The position numbers and the translations under genes are program-made. The notes below the pieces were generated by a model, which searched no databases, had not been told where the DNA came from, and saw only the letters and a list, made by a program, of their open reading frames with translations. A stretch of 63,985 nt of DNA, filler included, from Olpidium bornovanus S191 (taxonomy: Eukaryota; Fungi; Olpidiomycota), in the NCBI GenBank assembly GCA_017911155.1. It is 28 parts of 28 records of this genome, joined end to end, with 100 filler letters (N's around TTAATTAATTAA, not from the genome) between each part and the next. Parts side by side here need not be neighbours in the genome. Positions count along the whole stretch, not along the records: positions 20,846 to 27,408 come from JAEFCI010007048.1; positions 27,509 to 29,391 come from JAEFCI010009100.1; positions 29,492 to 30,960 come from JAEFCI010004255.1; positions 31,061 to 32,217 come from JAEFCI010006013.1; positions 32,318 to 34,152 come from JAEFCI010001151.1; 23 more parts are not named here. One strand, given 5' to 3'. This document shows, piece by piece, positions 22,613 to 34,252 of the stretch; positions within the stretch are counted from its first letter, which is position 1, and every line of letters starts with the position of its first letter.

Positions 22613-23400
22613 ATCTGATGGAGATTCTGACGCAAAATCTGATGGAGATTTTAACACGGCATCTGAGGAGATTCTGATGCAAAATCTGAGGGAGACTTTA
22701 ACACAGAATGTGAAGCATTTTTCTTTTACGATTGGAGCATCTTCTGTTTTCCAACTAGTGCGTCTTTTTTTTGATGAAGAATCAGACACAAAATCCGATG
22801 CAGATCTTTTTGGCATATATTCTGACGCAGAATGTGACGGAAATTCTGGGGGAATGACTGGTGATTCTGGCGCAGAGTCTGAAGGGAGTTCTGACGCAAA
22901 ATTTGGCAAAGTTTCTGACCTAGCATCCAACGGAAATTCCGACTCAGAAGCTAATGAGATTCTGAGGGAAATATTCTGACGGAAATTCTGAGGTAATAAT
23001 TCTAACTGAGATTTTAAAGCAGAATCTGACGGAGATTCATTTTGACAAAAATTCTAAAACAGAATCTCATGGCTTTCTGAGGCAGAACCTGATGGGGGTT
23101 CTGACGCAGAATCTGACGGGAATTCTAATGCAGAATGATTCTGAAAGAACGTTTCGGATGGAGATTCTGATGCAGAGTCTGACAGAGATTGAGCAAATAG
23201 AAGTTACGGTTTCGTGGTCTGAAAGCTTGCTGCGCAACTGCCTGGAAGCTTCAATTCTTTATGCGACGCCAGTGGAGGGGCTGGATTCAAGAATAGCTAC
23301 TCTCCTTTGTGCAGCCACAGCAGGCGGGACAAACGCGAGTTACTCGTTAGGATATCGGAAGGACATTCTGAAGCAGAATCTGATGGGGATTCTGACGCAG
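22613..23400. repeat. Degenerate ~12/24-bp TCTGA-based repeat region (GGAGATTCTGACGCAGAATCTGA-like)
   Basis: Many TCTGA(C/T/G) motifs, often at 12-nt spacing, with lower GC than the flanks. Confidence 0.65.
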
Positions 23401-23599
23401 AGTGGGTGGGCCGGCGGCGCTGACGATGCTGGGCGGCGACGGCGATGGCGGCAACGAGGGCTAGTGAGGGCCGGCGGGCGCAGGGCGCAGCCGGGTGAAG
23501 GCGGCGGCGGCGCTGCAGCCGAGTGTGGGCTGCAACGGTGGCGGGCGAAAGAGCCGACAAAGTCCCGGCTTTGCAACGAGGTTATCTAGGACAGTGGAG

Positions 23600-24850
23600 A
23601 CGTCTGAAATTGACGCGAGTGTTTCACTTACGAAAAGAAGACGGGTATGTAATTTCCCAAATCTCAAGGCTTGGTTCTCAATGAGTTCACAACTGATTTG
23701 CATGCCTTTTGGTACGATGATGTGCGCCGTCGATGAGAATAAGTCGGCGCTTGCGCCAGGCGATTCGAGCAGCCTTGGTCGAGTAACCACGTAAAACGTC
23801 GTTTTGGTGATGCCCAAAAGTCACCAATTGCTTGAACGGAAATAATTTTTTCTCAGTTAATACGAACGCTAGCGCCAAGCGGTTTAAACGAGCGTATGCG
23901 CCGAGTCCTGGGCTACGGTGTCCCAAAGTATGGCGATAATCAGCTCAGTATTCGTCTGTCAACATGCAGAAACATTCAAGTTCAGCGTTATCCTCGTGAA
24001 GCGGGTTTCCGTGCAAAAACCACTCGTTCTCGGTCGTCTGACCGCCAATTCTTATTTACCTGTAGCGGAAATATTGACACGTCGTCTCGCCGCGTGCCAA
24101 GCTTTACGCCGATCGGTTGGGAAGTCGCCTGAGACCGGAGCCTTGAAGGTTGCCAGGTGTCGCCCTCAGGATAGTCTCCAAATTGACCGTTCCTGCGATT
24201 TCTCCTTTCAACGGCGCCGAAACTTGAGACAAATATGACAAGGCAAAAATTGCTTTTTGAGGGCTTTAGTTTGATATACGTTTCGTGTAAATCCGAGCGG
24301 TGGAGGCCGAGATACAATGGGGATGCCTTTGGCAAAAGCGGGGGGGTAGGCTTCTCGAATTTAGTCATTAAGTGAAGTGCACACTTCCACCCCTTCCCCG
24401 GAGGTTGCCATAGCAACGGGTGGTGAATAGTGGTACATGGTAAGAGATTCATATCAAACTACCCCCCCAACCCCGTGCGCCCATCGGCAGAAGGTCTGCA
24501 CATTCTCCAATAGCATGCCCATGGTGTGCACAGCTCATTAAGATGCTAATCGCAACAGACAGTTGTGTCAGAGGTTCAAAGCAACACAGCTGCTATAAGA
24601 AAGTAATAGACAAACTCTGCCTCGTACTTCAGTGACAAACTGAACTCTTGAGATAGGATATTTAGATTCTGGACGATGGCAAGGAATCTCACGTTGTACT
24701 TCAATGGTTCTTCATCATGGTCAATTATGAAGTTCACATTGTCAGTCAGGACATGATCGTATGAACCGCGATCTGCGTGTCCATACTGGGCCTGAAGTTT
24801 TGACCACATTCCAGTTGCCATGGATGCGTCCATGATGGCGAAGTGTCACG
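23600..24850 (-). pseudogene. Ty1/copia relic: gag (MWSKLQAQYG...) and degenerate integrase
   Basis: 24576-24833 resembles Retrotran_gag_2. LGLHRSDLH...CLVIFV resembles LELVHSDLCGP..YFLVFVDD, and FWASP..FTWLLD resembles FWAEA..AVYLLN. Many stops and frameshifts. Confidence 0.55.
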
Positions 24851-26442
24851 CCGGATGGACGAGGAAGAGCCGGCGGTGGCATCTGCAGGCGGATTTTCAG
24901 TGCAAGCCGGCGGCATTGCCACGCACGGCGGAGGTCGGGCCTGCGGCGGCTGCACGCGCGGCTTGGGGAGCGAAGGAGGCACGAGAGATATGCTTATGAT
25001 TCTCCACTTTGGTAATGCCCATAGCAGCAGAAGCCGAAGCGGAAGAGCCGGAACGGGAGCGAAGAGAGGGAGCATTTGTTTTTTGTTGTTGTGTTCTGGT
25101 AAGGGTGAAGCACAAATTCACCTGTGGGCGCACTCCTTGAAGCGGGGTTTATATACTTCCCCCCCCCCCCCCCCCCCCCCGGGAAGCTGTCCAGCCCACC
25201 GCCGCGAACGCTTCGATGAGCACATCGAAATGAGGCCGATACGGGCGCTATGGGGAGCGCGTTGGAACGAGGTTGATACCGGTGCTATGGAGATTGCATC
25301 AGTTGTCATCGGTCAGTCCTTCGAAGAGCACTATGACAGGCTCTCGTAGGAAAGCGTTTAAAGTAGGATGTTGAGACTACGGGCATCAGGACGACAGGCA
25401 GCACTACCTTTACGTCTAATCCTTTGCTACGCTGTTGGACTAGTTTTGTACTTAGATCGGAAAGGCGGAGTCAGCCGTTAAGCCCCAGGGCTTCTCCAAA
25501 GCGTACATCAGATGGTTTAAGGGCGGCAAACGCAATCTCGGTCTTCTCTTCTTTCTCTCCCCCTTCTATCTCTCTCTCTCTCTATCTCCTCACTCAATCG
25601 CCCTGGGCTGTCCGCCGGTTCTGCTCGGTTCTTTCGTCTACGTGTCTATCCTACAGGACAGAGTGCGGGGTCCGCTCGGCAGCCCAATGCGTCTTCCTCG
25701 CCTCCCGGATGCGTTGAATTGCACAGCACACTCGACACGTCACTCCCCCTGTCACCAATAGCCTCCCACTCGGCATGTCGTCTCCCCTTCCTGCTAACTC
25801 ATCAAATTTACTCGCTTCCTCGTGGAAGTACCACGCCTGGCGGCCCTAGCCTCGGCGCACCCTGGAGCACAGTTAGACCCTTCTTTGTCGATGCCCTCCA
25901 TTCGCCCGCCTTGCGCTGCTTGTTCTGCCTGCCGTAACGGAAATTTCCCCACAACGCAGCGCGTCCCCCACCAAAAACTCCACCGTGCGGATTGCACGGT
26001 GAGTTTGGTGACGGTCACGTGATTGGAAAATCTTTCCACAGGCTGCACCTGTGACAACAACGCCTAACGACGAACAAAACAAACAACAAAACAAACAAAA
26101 GAACCTGGCGTTTCACATCCGAAGCGGTGCAGGAAGTCACTCACGCAACCTCCGAGGGAAACAAAACCCCACTTGCTTGAGCTGGTCAGGTCAGCTATAC
26201 ACGGAGCGTTGTGCCTGCTTCGAGATCTCCATCAGCTCGGCTATCAAGAACGCCGTGGTTCAGTGCTGCATCCGAAACGGTGCAGGGGTTCGCTCGCACG
26301 ATTTACTAGAGAAATTATAGTGAAATTTCACTCGCCCGTGCTTGTCAGAGTGGCCACATACAAAGAGCGTGCCCGAGAACTCCGGCCGTCGAGGGCGCTT
26401 TTGGGTTTTTGTCTACCATACAGTCTGTTGCGCCGGGCGTTT

Positions 26443-26690
26443 GTGGCGCCCGTCGTGTCCGTGGCGCCCGTCGTGTTCGTGGCGCCCGTCGTGCCCGTGG
26501 CGCCCGTCGTGTCCGTGGCGCCCGTCGTGTCCGTGGCGCCCGTCGTGTCCGCGGCGCCCGTAGCGTTCGCGGCGCGCGTCGTGTCCGTGGCGCCCGTAGC
26601 GTCCGCGGCGCGCGTCGTGTCCGTGGCGCCCGTCGGGTCCGTGGCGACCGTAGCGTCCGCGGCGCCCATAGCGTCCGTGGCGTCCGTCGT
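26443..26690. repeat. 18-bp minisatellite (GTGGCGCCCGTCGTGTCC), about 13-14 copies
   Basis: Seen directly; it has no stop codons in any frame, which explains the six overlapping ORFs. Confidence 0.92.
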
Positions 26691-27508
26691 CCGTCAGCCT
26701 TGTAGTGTCCATTATTCTGGCACCTGCAGCCAGTCTCCCGGGTCATCTTCAGAGCTTAAAGCAACGCAAAACCGTCTCCTGCATTCAAGGAACTGCATAC
26801 ACACCCTTCCCCTCGTCGCCGCTGCGCCTGGGATGGTTGGTCGTTGGGTGGTTGGGTGTGTGAGTTTTTGCATCGATTTGAGCCAGTAAGATATGGTGGC
26901 GCCTCCACATAGTAACATGCATGTGAACCGTAAGATCATTTACACCATATGTGAGGCATATATTATTTTACAGTGATTATAGTGTGAATGACGTATAGAA
27001 ACATAAATATATTACACAGACACACACACACACACACGCACACGCACACGCTCCTCTCGCTTTCGCGCTGGGGAGAGGTCTAAGGAAAAATCCCTTCTTA
27101 ATTTGATTAGCCGACTGCGACTCTTTTTTTTGGTTTGTTTTTGTCGCGGGTTGGCCCGTCCGCACGGGAAATCCAGGGCAAAAAGGTGGGGTTTGGGGGC
27201 CCTTTCTCAATACCTGCAACCGTCCCGGACCGCGCCAAGTCTAAAAATGGACAACAAAAAAAAAGCGTATACAAGCGGCACGCCGCACGGGAAGGACGTC
27301 GAAGGAAGTGCGAAGAGAAGCTTCATCGGAGGCATCGAGGATTGTGCCGTCGACAAATTTAACTACGAGAAACAAGAAACGCACGCGAAAACTGCCACGC
27401 GACGCATGNNNNNNNNNNNNNNNNNNNNNNNNNNNNNNNNNNNNNNNNNNNNTTAATTAATTAANNNNNNNNNNNNNNNNNNNNNNNNNNNNNNNNNNNN
27501 NNNNNNNN

Positions 27509-29391
27509 CATGAATCCGATCCTGAGGTGGCCCTGCCTCTCCCTGACGTTCGCCGCGACGCCTGCGACTTTATCGATCCTCGACCGCAGGCTGCGCATCT
27601 TCTCGGCCACCGACGCGGCCCGGTTGATGTTGCCAAATTTGTTGTAACCCTCGACTTCTCTCGCGTACGCCGTCACGCTGTCCCGGACGTAGCTCGCGTC
27701 TATCTCGACCAGGCCGACCAGTCTCTCGTGCGCCCTCCTCAGCCGCTGCTCCGCCACGTCCGCGCTCTGACTTATTTTCAGCGGCCAGCTGCAGGTTTCC
27801 CAATACAGATCTTCCAGAGCCTTCGGTGCCGAGACTCTGTGATCGAACAGCGCCTGCCAGAGGGTCTTGAGGGCCGCAAGTTCCTTGGGGCTTATGTGCT
27901 CTTCCACCTTTACCGCCTGGACCGTTTGCTGCAAACGTGCCCATTCAGAAGAACCCGCGTTCGGATCGATGGTCACCTCGCTGTAAATGTTACTGTACAT
28001 ATCGCTCAACTTCCGGCACAGGCGTTCGATTTTCCCGCACAGGCAATCAATGATCGTCTGCAGCACTTGGCACGATCTTCGCGCGTAAATGCTTTTCAGC
28101 TGCGTGCAGTTGACGACGATTGGAGGCGAATGGATCGTGTCGGCGCTGATCTCGGTCACTTTGTTCTTGGCCGACGAGTATCGTCCAAGCAGATCCACGA
28201 GCGGCTCCACCGTGTCGTTCTCGCTTTTCAGCTCCGGCGCGTCCTCGATCCGGTCTTTGATCAAGAAGTCGTACTGTTTGTACTTTTCTGTCAGCTTTGT
28301 TATCGCCTCGTACGACCGGTTCACCACCGCGGACAGGACCTCGATGCCGTCCGGGATGAGATCCTCCGTTTCGCCGGACACCGAGGCGACGAAGCCTGCG
28401 GACTTGGCGTCCGGGAATATTCCCGGCAAGACCATAGACTCGATCCGCGGGACCGCTTCGTTGGTCTGAGCGACGGGGAGGTTGAACATCCGGATAATCT
28501 CCCCCCGCAGCGTGTCGAGGGGAGGAAACACGCAGACTTCGTTGGACGAGGAAACGTCAATGGATCCCTCGGGATTGCTCTCGACGCTTTTCCGGGTGTC
28601 TCCGTTTTTGGTTATCCCAAGTCTTATGACCAGCATCTCTGGCGGCGGACGGCCTTTGCCAGGCGGCGAAAGAACGTACACGAATTCCTTGAGCGCGGCC
28701 GAGCTCCCGACTTCTCCCGGGCGACCGCCCGCCGCTTCTCCGGCGTTGATCTCGGCTTTCTTCTTGACGAGCACGTGGACGCCGAACAACTCCAGAAAAG
28801 TCTTCAACCCGAATATCACCGTCTTACGCAGCTGGTCTTGCATGATGATGTTCACCAGCCGTAGGTATTCCTGCAAACGGCTTCCCTCAAACATATCCCG
28901 TTGGCTTTCCGAGAGGCTAAAGATGTGCCGGAGGTTCCTTTCAATGATCACGGCGACAGACCGCGGCCAGTCGTTTTGGAGTCGAACCTTGGTCGAATCC
29001 GCCGTGCAACCATCGGGCCGAAAGCAAAGTTAAGAGTTGGCAGAGAAAAGAAATTGGTTTCTGAGCAAGATCGTTCGTTACCCGGCGTCCATTCAAAGAC
29101 GGCACGTCCCTTTTCTTTTTTTCTTTTTTTTTTGTGTTTTTTTTTTCGCCCATACCTGCACCCAGTCGCAGTGGACCTCCGTTTTCTCGATAAAAGTCTC
29201 GAAAGAGCACGGGTAATCCGTCGGCTTGCGGAAAAATCCCGCGTTGCGGTCGATGATGTGCCGGAGGGAAGCCATGATTTCCGTGACGGATTTTTGGACG
29301 CTGGCGTTTCCGACGAACATCTTCCGCGTGAAATCGCGCGTCATCGCGACGATGGGCGACCCGGCCGCTTCCTCATCGCCCGGCCGCCTCG
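27509..29391 (-). CDS. Axonemal inner-arm dynein heavy chain (DNAH1/3/7-like) N-terminal tail, internal fragment
   Basis: ...CSFETFIEKTEVHCDWVQ|VRLQNDWPRSV...FEGSRLQEYLRLVNIIMQDQLR...WPLKI...VEGYNKFGN..., matching the single-headed dynein tail upstream of DHC_N2. Confidence 0.72.
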
Positions 29392-29491
29392 NNNNNNNNN
29401 NNNNNNNNNNNNNNNNNNNNNNNNNNNNNNNNNNNTTAATTAATTAANNNNNNNNNNNNNNNNNNNNNNNNNNNNNNNNNNNNNNNNNNNN

Positions 29492-30381
<890 letters not shown>

Positions 30382-31198
30382 GGCGGTGGCGGCGCTTCCC
30401 GGCTGAGTCCCCGGCGGCGTGTTCTCTTCGCTTGCCTTGCCCTCTGTCAAAGGCGCCGGTTGAGTCCCAGCCCCTGCGGCGGTGGTGGTGTGGGTGTGTG
30501 CGCTAAGTGTCCCGGCGAGTGCAGGTGCTGCGCAGGGGGCGGCAAGTGTCACGGCCGGCGTTTCTCAAAACGCCGTGCGCATAAACAGTAAATTTGCAAA
30601 GCCGGCGCGCGGATTACCGGCAGCTCCCGCGAAGGTGTCGGAGATATCCACCACAACTGCGCCGCAGGTGAGCAAGCAGGAATGGGTCCGCAAAAGGTGA
30701 AGAAGTTCGGGAAATGGGGTCCCCTAAACGGCCCGAAAGTCCTCACGCCCAAACCACACCGTCCGGGATGCGCGCCTTATGAAAAGAGAAATGGAGGGGG
30801 GGCATGCACAGCTTGTTCTCGTACGAAAAGAGACTGTTCGCATGACTCTTAACTCGCCTGCGGTGGTCTTGCTTCGTGCTGTTCTTTGTTTCCTTGAACC
30901 TCGTTCGACTGCAAACCGGCTTTTGCCGTCCGGATTATTGTCCCATTATTAACTCTTCCANNNNNNNNNNNNNNNNNNNNNNNNNNNNNNNNNNNNNNNN
31001 NNNNTTAATTAATTAANNNNNNNNNNNNNNNNNNNNNNNNNNNNNNNNNNNNNNNNNNNNGGGGGGGGGGGGGGGGGGGGACTCCGACTGAGAGATAAGC
31101 GAAAACCGCCAAATGTTATAAGAAAGATGTCGTGAGGGAAATGGTTGGCGGTTGGGGCCTGCCGTCAGGCGCAGCGTCAAAAACGCTGAATCCTGTGA

Positions 31199-32216
31199 TC
31201 ATCTCCGAGCGTCGGACGCGGCGCCCGCCTCGGCGCCGCTCTTGATGGTGCCCACGGTCTGGCCGGCGTTGGCGATGGCCTTGTGAGCGAAGAACTTCTG
31301 GACGACGCCGGCCGCGGCCCCGCCGAGGAAGTCCGCCAGCCAGTACATCCAGTGCCACTCCCAATTACCGGACACGAGCGACGGCCCGAACACGCGGGCC
31401 GGGTTGAAGGCTCCGCCGGATACCGAGCCGCCCAGGAAGCAGAGGAACCCCAGCGTGAAGCCGATGGCGAAGGGGGCGAAACCGGCTTTGGTGTTGGCGT
31501 TCGTGGTGTAGATGGTAAGGTGCCGCCCGATCGTGCTGTCCTTGATGGTGCCGTCGGGGAGCGTCACCGTCTGCGTATTGCTGGTGTCGACCTGGTCGAA
31601 CGCGGTGGCGAAGATGACGTAGACGAGTATACTAGAGGGAGGCGGGCGCGGGGCGGAAGACAGTGGGGCGTAGGACTCAAGAGTCAGTAGAATTTTTTTT
31701 CTTTTTTTTAAGGAAACAGCAGACGCGTGATCTTTCCAAATTACTCACAAAGCTGTTCGGGCCCCGAGTAGTTTGCGACGAGATTGCGTTAATCATGAGT
31801 TCTAATGCCGAAACAAAGGGAAGCGAGCTTTCGTAGAATTGTTTTGACGGTACGTACTAAGCGTAAACTCCATCATGAACGCATGGCCGACGCTGGCGTC
31901 GCCGTGGAGGGTGACGATGACCTGCTCGACAGGACTGAGGGACCTATTGGCGGGGGACACGGCGTACAGCCAGACCGTGGCGGCGGTGGCGGCAATCAGC
32001 TGGATGCCGACGTAGAGCAGGCCCTTGCGGACGGACACCTTCCCCGCGACGACGGTGGCGAAGGTGACTGCCGGGTTGAAGTGCGCGCCGGAGACGTCGG
32101 CGAAGCTGTAGATGAGGGCGATGGACGCGAAGGCCGTGCTGATGGCCCCGAGGACGAGCCCCTCGTGGGTCTCTGAGCGCTCGTTGTTTATCCCGACGGC
32201 CATCACGATGAACATG
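31199..32216 (-). CDS. Aquaporin (MIP family), 5'-partial; exons to 31858, 31752-31749 (4 nt) and 31631-31199
   Basis: Two NPA boxes (SGAHFNPAVT, SGGAFNPARVFG) and six TM segments. The microexon restores EFTLTFILVYVIF. Confidence 0.93.
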
Positions 32217-32317
32217 ANNNNNNNNNNNNNNNNNNNNNNNNNNNNNNNNNNNNNNNNNNNNTTAATTAATTAANNNNNNNNNNNNNNNNNNNNNNNNNNN
32301 NNNNNNNNNNNNNNNNN

Positions 32318-33150
32318 GAGAAGCGCCGCGACTAAGGCGTGGGTACCTTTGGACGTCGTCGAGTGGCTTATCACGTTATTTGGGATCAATTTCCTCGGCG
32401 ATGCCGCTGGAAGTAGGACTGGATTGGAATGCTGCATGCCATATCGCGCGGCTATGACTCTGATATACGCTGCTTCGTCGAGAGGTATTTTGCCAGTAGT
32501 CCGATTTCGCGAAATGCGGATCCCGATCACGGAGGTAGGCTCACCCTGGTCATCTAGGCCGAATTCGGCCCGAAGTGCGCGTTTGATGTCCCATAAAGCC
32601 CACACATCATATGCGAAAATTGCGAGGTCGTCCACCCCGGGCAAGAGGCAGGTTGCATGACCGTCATCTTCGCTAACGTATGCTCCGTGATCAGATCGGA
32701 GACGTCAAAAGCGCAGAGTCTACAAGAAGGGCGCGCAACCTTGTCGACCACGCGCAGCCAGCTTGTTCCAGGCGTACAAGGGTTTGCCAAGGCGGAGTCC
32801 CATCCCGCATGGGGGCGTTGATTCCCCGGGACACCTTTCTCCAAATCTTTCCTTCCAGATCATCGCCATTCAGATACACAGCCGGAATGTCGACCGCGGC
32901 GAGAATTCCAGATTTTGCGTGGCGGCCAGTGCGAATGCGACGCCGAGGTTCGCCAGGCGCATGATCGGAGCGAAGTTCTCGGGTGAAATCGACGCCAGGG
33001 AATCTGTGAAAAAGCCCCGGGCGACAAGGCGAGGCTTGCGCTTTTTGACAGCATCGTCAGCGCGCAGCTGCGTCCGGAACACCCACTTACAGCTGATCAA
33101 CTGCAGTTTGCGGGTGAGCGCGCAGGCTGCTCCCAGGTCCCATGATCCTG
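32318..33150 (-). pseudogene. Ty1/copia reverse transcriptase relic
   Basis: CKWVFR...PRLVARGF...FAPI, YLNGDDLE, LEQAG..W, VDDLAIF...DDQGEP..VIGIRISRN...YI..I..RYGM; frameshifted. Confidence 0.85.
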
Positions 33151-33512
33151 GAGCAAAGCAAGTTCTGTGTCCATGACGGCTCGTCAATCAGCAGCGTCGG
33201 CCCCCGAGATGGCCTCGGTGTGTGTCAACGGGTCGGTTGGGAGAGTCAGGGCCGCGAGCAAACACGCGGCATCATCGTCATCGTCGATGCCTGCGAAATG
33301 TATGGCAGCACCCTCGGCTCTCTCCCCCTCAATCGGATGACTGTCACGGAAGCGGGAGCTCCAGTCGCGTGGGGGACGGCGCATGCGTGCCAATCGGTGA
33401 GGGGATTCCACGGCGTCTTCGAAGTGTTCGGTAAAATCGCCATATAACCATTTCTCCTTTTCGTTTTTTTTTTTCTTTCTTTTCTTTTTTTCCCTTTTTT
33501 TTTTTTTTTTGT

Positions 33513-33546
<34 letters not shown>

Positions 33547-34252
33547 TAAGGAGAAATTTAAATGGTGCCGGCCAGCACACGCGCAGAAATCACTGATAGG
33601 GCACAAAGGAGTCGACGACCATACCCCCCGCCCTCCCACCCTTACCCCACTGTCGCCATCCACTCCAGGCTTCGCGGAAACGGAGTGACCATGAAATCCT
33701 GACCGTGGAGCCTGATCTCTCGAGCTAGGGGGAGCGTCATGCACGCCGTGCTCTGCGGTCACGCGATCGAATCTGCGCCTGGCTCCGCTGCGTGGCATCC
33801 CCGTGGCTGCATCCCTCCGTCCCAGGCGCGATCACGCTAATACAAACAAGGCTACCGTCGACAGGTTGAAAGGCTCCAATGATGATCGATCGGTACCTAA
33901 TTGGTGCCTACAAACCTACAGGCTGGGCGATTTTGAGCTCGAGGGTCCGAAACTGCCTCCCGTATCAATGGTGTACAGTCAACGACCGGTGTCGAGGCCG
34001 GTGGGTCTAAAAACGCTACCACCTTCCGCCCCGATCCCCCCCGTGTTTGGCTTTCGCCGGCTCCTCCTGCGCCGAAAACAATCTCATTAGGAAGTCCGCA
34101 CCATGAAAAGACCGGAACCAGATGGGAGAGTGACGGGTTGTTTCCCGACGGANNNNNNNNNNNNNNNNNNNNNNNNNNNNNNNNNNNNNNNNNNNNTTAA
34201 TTAATTAANNNNNNNNNNNNNNNNNNNNNNNNNNNNNNNNNNNNNNNNNNNN

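Noticed and set aside
25369-26040. Candidate LTR TGTTGAGA...TTTCCACA
   Set aside because: Weak terminal repeats, with no PBS, clear PPT or TSD.
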